A stretch of DNA of 64,000 nt from Candidatus Altimarinota bacterium (GCA_963677745.1 OY782391.1:864001-928000), one strand, 5' to 3'. Positions 33,101 through 41,293 are shown, counted from the stretch's first letter. Made by a program: numbers and translations. Notes: generated by a model not told the origin, from the sequence alone.

Positions 33101-33536
33101 GTTCAATGCGGAAAGCTTTTTCCACCGACGCGTTGTTCATCAATTGGTTGAAAGTGATTTTCAGCGGGGCATTGACCGAAATATTACGGGTACCGCCTTT
33201 CATCAGATAACCCTGAACGGTAGGGGCGGGAATCATTGGATAAGAAATTATTCCGGCCAGTACCACCACCACCAGTGTGCCCAGTGCCATTGCCCAGCCT
33301 CTGACCCTGAAATCGGACCACAGACTGAAACGTTTCTCTGTCTTTTCCTTTTTTGATGTATTCATAGTGTGGTGTTTTTCAAGTAATTGATTTTTTAAAT
33401 TTTGTGAAAACTGCCGGTCGGCCGGTTGCGGTCCGTTCGATTTAATGGCATCGGTTAGCTCGGACCATTGTGGGTCCTTCCCGCTGTTCTCCAGCCTTTT
33501 TTCCAGCTCCCTGATTTTTTTATTGGGTCGCAGCAT
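27156..33536 (-). CDS. Membrane-anchored alpha-2-macroglobulin with Ig-like repeats and a cytoplasmic N-terminal extension
   Basis: YTDRPIYRPG, EY.KP, LAVVDE, LPDNLTTW, thioester motif FPYGCTEQ, STTQE, TYFPEV.GR; TM helix around aa 82-100. Confidence 0.93.
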   Translation of the reverse strand: MLRPNKKIRELEKRLENSGKDPQWSELTDAIKSNGPQPADRQFSQNLKNQLLEKHHTMNTSKKEKTEKRFSLWSDFRVRGWAMALGTLVVVVLAGIISYPMIPAPTVQGYLMKGGTRNISVNAPLKITFNQLMNNASVEKAFRIEPETKGTFSWQGNSLIFKPAEQLKIGDTYKITVGKEAVSFLQKPLAGDYSEFYKIVAPPKVVLMTPNDGSKAITADSKINIMFDRPLTGLTTLDAGRENFPNIKIEPYVQGRFKWLGTSAIQFIPDKLALSTAYKVTIPQGTQVLDGGYTEGEFTSSFETLRPEAQNWHTTDTQNSYQVSTGSRFVISFNQKVDLGSAKELIKLNRVEDNKTNEEGISVRYFTADDWKEQQKRLIEITEMSQYEEIKEAPTTASSGEGDKVEVLKEDELQKMLVISPSQKMKADTNYALQIRKGLKGAEGPLTTGNDVNYEMRTLGELKLLSSDSKNNDDPNSIYPVFGYSNPLDLRSFRGKVRIEPSQKDEKGSPVPVEVVTYTDTSVHIGYNYLPSTDYTITIDPGVKDYFGNGYNEKTELKFTTPASKPALDLEKGTDLSVLDGYQASRFYVKSVNIDYAAFKLKKLTPEQFSRLYSEGYIDYNNETFKSLTDFDFEGKLAVTLGFNEKGHTALDLDALSGGKLAGGFYYLELGNPKVTTTECVYEWQSKENPGCHEVPKIEKTLFVVSKTSLAIKTTLTEMLVWATDLKDGKPVAGEKITVMDALHTEAASGETDASGLARIKLPGASGDFYRDFLVFGDRENDTGFVHTSWSEGIAPWNFNINSEPVSPEYYLYQYTDRPIYRPGQEVYFKGIVRQEKDYKFKLPDLKKVKVTINDAQSNQIYQQELAISNNGTFIGKLTLGDKIPTGDFSIHTELLDAKGPSWMTEFYASFKVYEYRKPEYKLDLSSDKKEYVNNQSANVRVEAGYFFGAPLKDAEIRWTLKAQDYYFILPEELAAKLAGGWFSFADEGYFCYWGCVGENSIVSQGKGKTDEQGLALVTLPLNISDKKISQIYTLEASVTDANNQSVSNRISFPVHKGSFYVGIRSQDYLADTEKPAKFDVLTVSSDGRELPGKEVEVALYERSWNTVKRKNVDGDYYFENSYDDKLLEKKTVKTAEHGLGTLEFKFAKGGVYKVEATGKDEKNNQIVSSTTVYVSSGDFVNWGSENNDKIELVTDKMEYKVGDTARVMVKSPYRNVYALVTYEKDKVLDQKVIKLESNSQTIEVPITEKFLPNVFVSVVLMKGNAYDAGLTAPAEGAPDERQVAAFKVGYATLQVNTEGKRLNIDIKSDKARYSPGETVKLTVKTTDAGAQPVAAELSLAVVDESVLSLTESVTADLLNIFYRKRLLGVNIAHTLTKAISRINVQVEAGMKGGGGGDTEKRATFKDTAYFEATLNTDANGEGTLEFKLPDNLTTWQVLAIGISNDTKSARALVGSNKYSFLSNKDILVRPVLPRFMTKGDRMQISAIVHNYTDTDQALKVTLESGELQILDGTEKSATIVAKGSQKLNWQVTVGAADQAKISFTAVANGGERGDSVEQTLPVKESSFPEVVAMAKVLSTDAKEIEQVWLPIGLNLKDGSLRITAAATLAGSIGEGLKYLVSFPYGCTEQLTSAILPNVAAKRLLNTGKFKIEGVTAAIVDKNVETGLQELYKNQQASGGFGLWINSQPRAYLTAYVVNTMNEAEKAGYKIDKDVYDSALQYLKNYLPQKADANESEDYRLNTKAYVMYVLGEAGKGDLGMLNSLYEKKDQLRLISRSYLLMAFQNQLSEKASEKSTSDKIEALRKDLENSSIQTPRGVSFQEKNLDYSLFDTNTRTTAVIMKALNRVNPENPLIPKILQALLRERKGGHFSTTQETAIGLLSMIEYLEKSKELTPAYQALVDINGKNIIDTNFTSKNLFEVKETKIPLTDLLPNNLDNEVAAQKIGDGRLYFDMNLEYYLPLKDQKAENEGIEVVQEYFTIEDSKLQTPVTTAKAGQNLHGKLTIIVPEDRHYVMIEDFLPAGLEGIDFNLKTSEMNLQAGDGKGGDGKGCGYYCYGDWYFNHSEVRDDRVMYFADYLPRGVYEIDYYLRATSVGNFADLPTLAQETYFPEVFGRSAGKLFNVTE

Positions 33537-33539
33537 CGG

Positions 33540-34133
33540 CTAAAATAGGTTATTTAAATCGGGTTTTATTTTGCGCAGGACGCGGTAGAGAATGATGCCT
33601 ACATTGCTTTCGGAGAGGTTTAGTGTCAGGGCAATTTCCCTGTTGGTCAGTCCGCTGAAGAATTTCATCTGCAGAATGGAAAGTTCCCGTTCGGGCAATT
33701 TATGCATTACCTCACGCACTTTTTCCTTAAGTTCACTTTCCTTGGCCTGGACGGCCGGCTGAAAATCCTTTTTTTCGTCTTTTATTTCCATTCCCTCTTC
33801 CAGCGGCAGATTTTCCGTCCGATGGTTTTTGGCATAGAAGTCGAAAACCACATTGCGGGTAACCGTGAACAGCCAGGCTGCAAACGGCAGCCCCCGGTCA
33901 TGGTAGCCGGGCAGGTTTTCCAGGATTTTCATAAACACGTCGCTGACAATGTCCTCCGCAGCCGATTGATTGCCGACTTTGGACATGACAAAGGCGTAAA
34001 CCCGGGGAAAATAAAAGTCATACAGTTGGGCGAAGGCTTCACTGTCGGTCTTGGCGCGTTCCACTATTTGCGGATCAAAATCTTTTTTTTGTTCCAAGGA
34101 CTGTATCACAAATTCCCTAAATTTATAAGCCAT
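33540..34133 (-). CDS. ECF RNA polymerase sigma factor
   Basis: AF.QLY, AED..S.VF, F.AWL...RN, region-4 HTH (EIA..L..S..NV); 197 aa. Confidence 0.93.
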   Translation of the reverse strand: MAYKFREFVIQSLEQKKDFDPQIVERAKTDSEAFAQLYDFYFPRVYAFVMSKVGNQSAAEDIVSDVFMKILENLPGYHDRGLPFAAWLFTVTRNVVFDFYAKNHRTENLPLEEGMEIKDEKKDFQPAVQAKESELKEKVREVMHKLPERELSILQMKFFSGLTNREIALTLNLSESNVGIILYRVLRKIKPDLNNLF

Positions 34134-34220
34134 TTATCAGCCAAAGACAAGTGGTTGCATCGGCTGCCGGCTAATAATCAAAACAGTCCCCCAAAAAAAG
34201 TATTACATATTTTCCCGGAT

Positions 34221-35156
34221 CTATTTCCAGAATCCTTTTCCTTTGTTTAAATCCAGCCCTGATTCCTGGGCCAGCTCCTGGTAAAGAGTTTTTTCTTTTT
34301 TGGAAAGTTTGTTCGGCACCACCACGTTGATTTTTACATAATGATCGCCTTTTTCATCGCTGTGTAGTTTTTGGACGCCGTAACCTTTCAGTTTGAAAAC
34401 TTTACCGGGTTGTGAACCGGCTGGAATCTTCAGCGTTACTTCACCCTGTAGTGTTTTTATTTTTATCTCGCCCCCCAATACCGCCATCAGCAGGCTGATT
34501 TCGGAGCTGCTATGAATATCAAAACCATTTCTGATAAATTCACGGTGCGGTGCCACGCGAATATGTACGTACAGGTCTCCGGCCGGTCCTCCGTTGCTGC
34601 CCGGGTCGCCTTTGCCGGACAATCTGACCACCGAATCGTTATCTACGCCCGCCGGTATCTTTACTTTAAGTGTTTCGGTGGTTTTCTCACCGCTTTTCTT
34701 GGGTCTGGTGATCACCAGTTCTTTATCGCAGCCGAAAACCGCTTCCTCAAATTCCACCCGCAACTCAAACTCCAGATTGCGGCCTTTGCGGGGGCCGTTG
34801 CTTCGCCCTCCGAAACCGGTGAAAAAGGCCTCAAAAATATCAGCAAAGCCCTGTCCGTCAAAATTGGTCTGATAACCGCTGAAGTCAAAACCTCCAAATC
34901 CTCCTCCGGCTCCACCACCGCCGCCTCCGCCAAAATTGCCGGCTGACTCGCCGAACTGATCATACATGGCCTTCTTCTGGGGATCACTAAGGGTCTGGTA
35001 AGCGTTGTTTATTTCCTTGAATTTTTCCTCGGCCGTTTTATCGCCTTTGTGTTTGTCGGGATGCCATTCCATGGCCAGTTTTCTGTAGGCCCGCTTGACG
35101 TCCGTTTCATTGGCATCTTTCTTGATGCCCAAAATTTCATAATAATCTTTTGCCAT
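34221..35156 (-). CDS. DnaJ-family chaperone, class II (no zinc finger)
   Basis: DYYEILG, HPD, G/F-rich linker, C-terminal domains; CxxCxGxG repeats absent. Confidence 0.92.
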   Translation of the reverse strand: MAKDYYEILGIKKDANETDVKRAYRKLAMEWHPDKHKGDKTAEEKFKEINNAYQTLSDPQKKAMYDQFGESAGNFGGGGGGGAGGGFGGFDFSGYQTNFDGQGFADIFEAFFTGFGGRSNGPRKGRNLEFELRVEFEEAVFGCDKELVITRPKKSGEKTTETLKVKIPAGVDNDSVVRLSGKGDPGSNGGPAGDLYVHIRVAPHREFIRNGFDIHSSSEISLLMAVLGGEIKIKTLQGEVTLKIPAGSQPGKVFKLKGYGVQKLHSDEKGDHYVKINVVVPNKLSKKEKTLYQELAQESGLDLNKGKGFWK

Positions 35157-35190
35157 ACCAAAATAAAAAAAGTTGGCCTCACCATTAATT

Positions 35191-35217
35191 CTAGCACTGA
35201 CTTTAGCAGATTGCTAA
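35191..35217. promoter_or_regulatory. CIRCE-like operator (HrcA site)
   Basis: CTAGCACTG-N9-GATTGCTAA vs consensus TTAGCACTC-N9-GAGTGCTAA (3 mismatches), 35 nt upstream of the DnaJ gene. Confidence 0.75.
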
Positions 35218-35327
35218 TTCAAGCTCAAGGCAATGTCAGGCAAAAAATTTTCTTGAAATAAATTCGTTTCTATAGCAATATCAGCGGGCAGGCCAAAGAT
35301 AGTTCCCGGCGTATGGTCTGCAATCGG

Positions 35328-35403
35328 GCAACCTTAGCTCAGTTGGTAGAGCGTCTCGTTGACGTCGAGAAGGTCAGAGGTTCGAATCCTCTAGGTTGCA
35401 CCA
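35328..35403 (+). tRNA. tRNA-Val(GAC)
   Basis: GCAACCT/AGGTTGC acceptor, TCTCG-TTGACGT-CGAGA, CCA. Confidence 0.95.
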
Positions 35404-35414
35404 TTTAAATATGC

Positions 35415-35489
35415 GGTCCCATCGTCTAGCGGTTAGGACGTCGCCTTCTCAAGGCGAAAACCGGGGTTCGATTCCCCGTAGGACTACCA
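35415..35489 (+). tRNA. tRNA-Glu(CTC)
   Basis: TCGCC-TTCTCAA-GGCGA, T arm, CCA; one C.A mismatch in the acceptor stem. Confidence 0.93.
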
Positions 35490-35539
35490 AAATAAAACCT
35501 TCACGGCCTCCAGGCCGCTTTTTATCGTTCCAACCAGAG

Positions 35540-35567
35540 TTGACAAAAGGGAAAAAGTTAGTATAAT
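35540..35567 (+). promoter_or_regulatory. Sigma70 promoter TTGACA-N16-TATAAT
   Basis: Consensus hexamers; implies start codon 35590 rather than 35569. Confidence 0.7.
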
Positions 35568-35589
35568 AATGCAAATTATTAATTTCAAC

Positions 35590-37578
35590 ATGTCTACAAA
35601 CAAGTCTTTTCCTCACAGCTCCGGCAACAACCCTGCTCTCACGGTAGGTAGTTCCGCTCTGGAATCACAAGGGCTGGATCAGCAGTCACTGCAACTTCTT
35701 CCCGCCTCTGCCCATCCGGTTTTGTCTGCCCGTGAGTTATTGGCCCAGGCTGTAAAAAACCTGGCTGAGAATGAGCAGAAACGGTCTGAAATGAATCGGC
35801 AGCAAGAGGCCCGGATGCGGCAGCAGCTGGAGGAAAGTCAAAAAGAAGCCCGTCGGCAATATGAACTGCAATTAGCCGCATATAATAATGCCAAAGCACA
35901 GGCTGTGGAACATCGTCAGAAATATAAAGAAACATGCGTTAAAGAAATTGCCAGAAGCTGTGAAAATCCGGTATTTTTTCAGGAACATGCCGTCAAATAT
36001 CTGGTTGAACACAAACAGGAAATCCTCGACCATTTGCGTCAAGATCTGATTGGCGGCGGAAGGGGTGTAATCGATTCGGATCACTTGACTGCCCATATTT
36101 TCAATAAATATATTTTTCCGGCAATTGCTTCTCAGGTTCAATTTCCAGATGCCAAGAGTTTCTCTGCTGACCATCTTTTAGCTGATGTTACCACCGTGGG
36201 GATATTTTTACGGCATGCCTTGACTGACTTTTTTGATGATCTGAAAAGAGGTGCGGGCACTCACAATCTTTCCGGCTATTTGCGTGAGCTCCAATTATCT
36301 GAAGCCACAGACCTGCAAGACCTTGGCAAACGGCTGCAGTCCTTTGCCAAAGAGCGTGGATGGGATAGCAGGAGTTTTAGTGATAATCGCCGTTCTGTCA
36401 CCGGTGGAAAAATTTTACAGGAATGTTCCAGGACTGAGATCCTGTCCAATCTTGGTTACTATATTTATGAAGGGACCAGCAGTTTTAACGTAACCAACCA
36501 GAATATTGACCTTAAAAACCCGGACAGTCTGGAAAATTATTATCAAAAACTTTTACAGTCAATGGTCCCCGTAACTCCGGCCATCGTCCCTCAGGCCCCG
36601 CCTCCTAAACCTGAGCAGGACATTGTACAGGGATCTCCAAAACCGCAAGTACCCAAAGAACAGGAAACTCTTCTGGATGCCAAAGATATCCTTCCCAACC
36701 TGGAAGGACTGCACAACTTAAAAAGGGAGATGGAGATTCATTTGATCCGGGTTAGCTTGCACGATCAGGCTGATGGAGCCTCTACCCCCGAAGCAATGAG
36801 TCAGGTGGACCGGGACTTCCTTTCCCAATTCAATGAGAGAGCCAATCCGGGAAATATCATCGAAGAATACAAAAACCTGCCGCCGCTCTTTGTCTTGATT
36901 TTAGCTTTGATGTATTACCGAGCCTATCTGTGGATTTATGGTAAAAGTTGGAAAGGTCAGTGTGCTGAAAAGGATCGAAGTCGTGTCAGCCGCCAAATCA
37001 GCCGCAGCCAGTGGCTGAAAAAAGAGCACACTACCACCGAAGGCGTGGCCGACCTCTACAATTTTATCAACTACGTCTACCGGATTTATGACCAGGGGAT
37101 GTCCTATATCAGGCATGGTTCGGACAGGCAGAAGCGCCTGGGGCGGGTACTGCTGGAAGTAGCCCGCATCAATGCCGACATGATCAAAGAAGTTACCGCC
37201 AACCTGGAAATCAAGATCAGACATGGCGATACCGAAGAATTTGCCAAAAGATTGCGTCTCTCCACCGCTAACGTCGCATCTCTTATCTCCGGCAGTCCGG
37301 AAGAGGTGATGGCCCTGATGGAAGCCGCCCAGGAAGGATTGCAAATTGGCAAGGAAATCAGTGAGGTGGCCGGTTCAAGCCGGGACCAGCTGGCCGGATT
37401 TGACCGGAGACTGGCTGAAAGTACCGCTGCCTTAACAATCACAGCAAAACCCGTTGGTAATGTTCGCGTTCAGAGCGCCGGAGATTCTCCAAGTGAGGAA
37501 GACACACAAGCTGAGGCAGAAGCCGAAGCAATGGCACAGGAAGAAGCTGCTGCCGCAGCCAGTCGTAATCTGATGTAA
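35590..37578 (+). CDS. Large hypothetical helical protein
   Basis: Coiled coil, central Pro-rich linker, acidic Ala-rich tail; no recognised family. Confidence 0.7.
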   Translation: MSTNKSFPHSSGNNPALTVGSSALESQGLDQQSLQLLPASAHPVLSARELLAQAVKNLAENEQKRSEMNRQQEARMRQQLEESQKEARRQYELQLAAYNNAKAQAVEHRQKYKETCVKEIARSCENPVFFQEHAVKYLVEHKQEILDHLRQDLIGGGRGVIDSDHLTAHIFNKYIFPAIASQVQFPDAKSFSADHLLADVTTVGIFLRHALTDFFDDLKRGAGTHNLSGYLRELQLSEATDLQDLGKRLQSFAKERGWDSRSFSDNRRSVTGGKILQECSRTEILSNLGYYIYEGTSSFNVTNQNIDLKNPDSLENYYQKLLQSMVPVTPAIVPQAPPPKPEQDIVQGSPKPQVPKEQETLLDAKDILPNLEGLHNLKREMEIHLIRVSLHDQADGASTPEAMSQVDRDFLSQFNERANPGNIIEEYKNLPPLFVLILALMYYRAYLWIYGKSWKGQCAEKDRSRVSRQISRSQWLKKEHTTTEGVADLYNFINYVYRIYDQGMSYIRHGSDRQKRLGRVLLEVARINADMIKEVTANLEIKIRHGDTEEFAKRLRLSTANVASLISGSPEEVMALMEAAQEGLQIGKEISEVAGSSRDQLAGFDRRLAESTAALTITAKPVGNVRVQSAGDSPSEEDTQAEAEAEAMAQEEAAAAASRNLM

Positions 37579-37631
37579 TCAATGCACCGACCCGGCGCAG
37601 CCGGGGCGGTGGGGGTTGGGACACAAGCGAA

Positions 37632-37666
37632 CTTCGCAAACGTAAGATTTTCTTACGTTTGCGAAG
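37632..37666. repeat. GTAAGA/TCTTAC palindrome, copy B (perfect 16-bp stem)
   Basis: CTTCGCAAACGTAAGA-TTT-TCTTACGTTTGCGAAG. Confidence 0.65.
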
Positions 37667-37919
37667 ATTAACATAGAACAAAATATCCCTTGGTGATCCT
37701 GTTGTAATTGCATTATTGGTTACGGCATCACAGTTGACCAGCCCCGTCACTTGATCATGGCAAAAAAAGTGCTATAAACATACTTTGTAACTTCGGATTC
37801 GGCCCTCCGGATAAATCCCGGAAAAAACCGCAAAAAGAAAATCAAAACCAGCAAAGTTGTTCCTGTCCACAACCTTCTGATTACGCCGATTGTAGACAAA
37901 AAGAACTTTACTAAACATC

Positions 37920-39011
37920 ATGAAAGCGTCTAATACGAGCACACCATTCAGGGAAGAAGTTGATTTCACAATGCAGATAGAGCCACGCCACAACCCTATG
38001 GAATGGGCAGACTTCCATAATAATTACCCCCCTTGTTCAGTCGCCATCGACGGCTATGTGAAAGGCGGTGTCCACAAAGACCTGGCCAAACCCATCGCCT
38101 CCTATGACCATCACCTGGATCCGGAAGAGCAGGATAAAAAAATGGTGGACCGGTCATCGATGAGGGCGACCATGGGCCAGATTATGATGGCTGTCCGCGG
38201 GGGATTTTATTCGGTTTTCCGCAATGAATACGGACCCAAGGTCAATGCCTTTTTCAAGGGCTGCGATGAAGATGATTGTTTCAGCAAACTGCTGCTGGCA
38301 GAACCGCAATTGATTTTTAGTGATGTGCGCGGCCGTCTGGAGCGCCTGGTGGGATTGGCCGAAAAAATGGACACCACCGCCGGAACTTATCAGACCTATC
38401 CGGATTCAAAACTTTACGAAGCTCTGGTTTGGGTCACCGATCCCTACCGGGAATTCCGGCAAAGCGGCCAGCTGGACCATCATATTGCCAAAGAATACGC
38501 CGACATCATGGACCAGGTGGGGACACGCATTAAACGCTTTATTAACGGAACCCACCGCCATCTCAAACCGGACACCAGCTATCTGGAACTGGGCGGCGGA
38601 CCCGGCTGGATTATGATCGAGGAAACCGGCAAACAGGGCCGCATGGGCGCCATTAACGACGGCTACCAGGCCATTGTCTCGGTCCGCCGCCTGCCCAACG
38701 GCAAGTACGCTTATGTTTTTACCAGACTCTCCGATTATATTACCTATTTTGATCTGCCCTTTTTTATCAGGACTCTCAACACTTTCGAATTGATGAACGG
38801 GAATTCGACACATCAATGGGGAGGCAGCGGGGATTTGGTTATGGGCAGTCCCTGGGGAGTCGGTACGGATTTGGACCCCGTAGCCATGGAAGCTCTCATT
38901 AACAAGATGATGACCCATGCAGTTCCAGCATCCCTGATTGAAAATCTGCCCCGCAACGGAAACGACAATGGTAACGATCATCACCATAAACGTTTGCAGA
39001 TTTGCCACTGA
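37920..39011 (+). CDS. Hypothetical protein, possible DHH-like phosphoesterase
   Basis: AIDG, YDHH, DEDD and WGGS...GSP motifs. Confidence 0.55.
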   Translation: MKASNTSTPFREEVDFTMQIEPRHNPMEWADFHNNYPPCSVAIDGYVKGGVHKDLAKPIASYDHHLDPEEQDKKMVDRSSMRATMGQIMMAVRGGFYSVFRNEYGPKVNAFFKGCDEDDCFSKLLLAEPQLIFSDVRGRLERLVGLAEKMDTTAGTYQTYPDSKLYEALVWVTDPYREFRQSGQLDHHIAKEYADIMDQVGTRIKRFINGTHRHLKPDTSYLELGGGPGWIMIEETGKQGRMGAINDGYQAIVSVRRLPNGKYAYVFTRLSDYITYFDLPFFIRTLNTFELMNGNSTHQWGGSGDLVMGSPWGVGTDLDPVAMEALINKMMTHAVPASLIENLPRNGNDNGNDHHHKRLQICH

Positions 39012-39050
39012 TGCGTATAATTACAACCGAAAACAAATAAAAAGAAGGTC

Positions 39051-39626
39051 ATGGACCTAAAACTTTCCTGGGATCTGTTCATCATTGTATTCTTTGCCAT
39101 TGTGACGGCATACAGCTTTATTATTGGCCGCAGGGAGACCCTCAAAATCATCATCGGTACCTATGTGGCCATCATCAGCGCCGACGGCCTGGGCAATCTG
39201 TTTGGCAAATATGTCGGCGGAACTTCTTTCTTTACCAAGCTGATGAAATTTCTGGGATTCGGCGGCGATATCGTCCAATTTTCTTCGATAATAAAAATTC
39301 TGCTGTTTATCTCCGTGATCGTCCTGCTGACTATTTTCGGTGATTATCATGTGGATGAACAACAGGACAGGAACGCTTTCTTTTCCTTGATCATTATTAC
39401 CGCTCTGTCACTGCTCAGCGGGGGACTGATACTCAGCACCATCATTGTTTTCGCCAATGGCGGCAGCCTGATTGACGGTACCGGATCAATCTCCGAGTCT
39501 TTCCGCATGGTTTATGACGAGTCGCGTTTCGTGCGGGGACTGCTGGACTGGCACGATATCTGGTTCGCCCTGCCGGGACTGGCTTTTGTACTGATCAGTA
39601 TTTTTCAGCGGAAACAGCAGCAATAA
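39051..39626 (+). CDS. Membrane protein, loosely CvpA-like
   Basis: WD..I...F......GR start, about 5 TM segments. Confidence 0.65.
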   Translation: MDLKLSWDLFIIVFFAIVTAYSFIIGRRETLKIIIGTYVAIISADGLGNLFGKYVGGTSFFTKLMKFLGFGGDIVQFSSIIKILLFISVIVLLTIFGDYHVDEQQDRNAFFSLIIITALSLLSGGLILSTIIVFANGGSLIDGTGSISESFRMVYDESRFVRGLLDWHDIWFALPGLAFVLISIFQRKQQQ

Positions 39627-39716
39627 CCGTCACCGTAAAATTTTCTTGATTTACGGGGCTTTCTCGAATAATATTGCCCCGCGCCGCAGATCAGGCGTAC
39701 ACCAACACATCAATAC

Positions 39717-39792
39717 GGGTCATTAGCTCAGTTGGTAGAGCGGCTCCCTTTTAAGGAGAAGGTCGCCGGTTCGAGACCGGCATGACCCACCA
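39717..39792 (+). tRNA. tRNA-Lys(TTT)
   Basis: GGGTCAT/ATGACCC acceptor, loop CTTTTAA, CCA. Confidence 0.95.
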
Positions 39793-39847
39793 TTGAATTC
39801 CAGTCAGGCTTCAAAAGTGTTATAATACAAAGATATTAAGTTTGATT

Positions 39848-41293
39848 ATGCTTTTTGGATTGTTGGGCAAAAAATCGGGAGAAAGTGAAAGACCGGCGAA
39901 ACACCGGGAGTCTGCTCGGAACAGACCTGATGCCGCCCCCATCGTGAACACTTCCCCGGCAGACAAATCTGCCGAAGCCGAACAGATAGATGAAAAGCGG
40001 CGCCAGTTAACGCAGGGTATTTTGGCTTTGATCGGTGCCGCGACTTTGGGAAAAGTTTTACCGGGCTGCACCACCTATGAGGATTACACCAAGAGATTTA
40101 AAAACAATTTTGATTACTGTCCGGACAAACAGTTTACCGAGGAAGATCTGGAAACGGCCAACAGCCGCAACAAAGTAAAAATGAATGCGGAGGATTGCCG
40201 TTGGATTTTCCAGAAGGCGATGGACGAACAATTGTCGGACCGGATCGACCTGGACGACATTTTTTACCTGCACGACTCAGAGGGGCTGGTTACTGCCACC
40301 AATAAAATTTTAAGTCCGGAAAGCCAGCAGGCCCTGATGAAGAAATACCCCTTTATCCAGTCGATCAAAGAGGTGGAAAGCCTTACTTATATCTTTAATT
40401 ATGAGTTCACCACCGATCATGGTTACCTCTATTTTTCGGTTAATAAAAGCAGGGTGGTGGTGAATGACTTTGGTCTGGGCTGCAGCATCGGCATGCTCTA
40501 TAACACCAGTGATCCCTATGTACAGACCAGCCCTGAATACCGGGATTATCAGCGCAGGGTAACCGTCTCCGGCCAGAATAAACAGGGGGGTAAATATCTG
40601 CGGGAACTTACCTGCGAAACCGGACATGGCGTCCTGGAACACCAGGGGTTGAGGGTGCAGGCCTTCTCCAGCGACCAGTTTCCCAGAGAACATATTTATG
40701 AAACGGAAACTTTTACCGAATTTCTCAGAAATACTCAAAGCACGCCGGTGGTGGACTCATTTCTTAAAAATGTAAAGGAACAGAATGAGCTGCTCCAGGA
40801 AGAAAAAAATGGGGTACCTCCAGCTCCTTCCGAATCAGCGTTCAGTTTGACCAATATCGAAAAGATTGATCAGTTGATTGAAATTTTCAGGTTATTGCCG
40901 GCTGATCCAAAAATGTACGGTTTGCTGCTCAGATCCTGTCTGCAGTACAAGCTATATGACAGGACTGTCAAAGATGAATTCAGAAATCCCGTCACCACTT
41001 TGCGCTCGGGATGGGCCGATTGCGATGATTTCGCCGTGATAAATTATTTCTGGGCTTTTCTGCACCGCTTCAATCCCAATATGACGGTAATCACAAATAA
41101 TCGAAATAACAGCCATCATGTTTTTATCTGGTACAGGGATGATCAAGACCGTTTTGTTGTTATGGACAACAATGACACACTGGAACTGGATTCAAGCTAT
41201 GACGTCGAAAAATATCTGCAGGACTTTAGCAGCAACTATCAAGGTGCAAAGAAAGGAGACAGTTACACCATCAATTATAATGATCCTGTGTAA
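39848..41293 (+). CDS. Putative exported protein/lipoprotein with C-terminal transglutaminase-like Cys-His-Asp domain
   Basis: RRQL + hydrophobic stretch + LPGC; P..TL..G.ADCDDFA, HVF, VMDN. Confidence 0.65.
   Translation: MLFGLLGKKSGESERPAKHRESARNRPDAAPIVNTSPADKSAEAEQIDEKRRQLTQGILALIGAATLGKVLPGCTTYEDYTKRFKNNFDYCPDKQFTEEDLETANSRNKVKMNAEDCRWIFQKAMDEQLSDRIDLDDIFYLHDSEGLVTATNKILSPESQQALMKKYPFIQSIKEVESLTYIFNYEFTTDHGYLYFSVNKSRVVVNDFGLGCSIGMLYNTSDPYVQTSPEYRDYQRRVTVSGQNKQGGKYLRELTCETGHGVLEHQGLRVQAFSSDQFPREHIYETETFTEFLRNTQSTPVVDSFLKNVKEQNELLQEEKNGVPPAPSESAFSLTNIEKIDQLIEIFRLLPADPKMYGLLLRSCLQYKLYDRTVKDEFRNPVTTLRSGWADCDDFAVINYFWAFLHRFNPNMTVITNNRNNSHHVFIWYRDDQDRFVVMDNNDTLELDSSYDVEKYLQDFSSNYQGAKKGDSYTINYNDPV

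Noticed and set aside
35415-39792. tRNA-integrated genomic island with att duplication (prompted by the C.A mismatch in tRNA-Glu)
   Set aside because: No duplicated tRNA 3' end or integrase found; single acceptor-stem mismatches are common.
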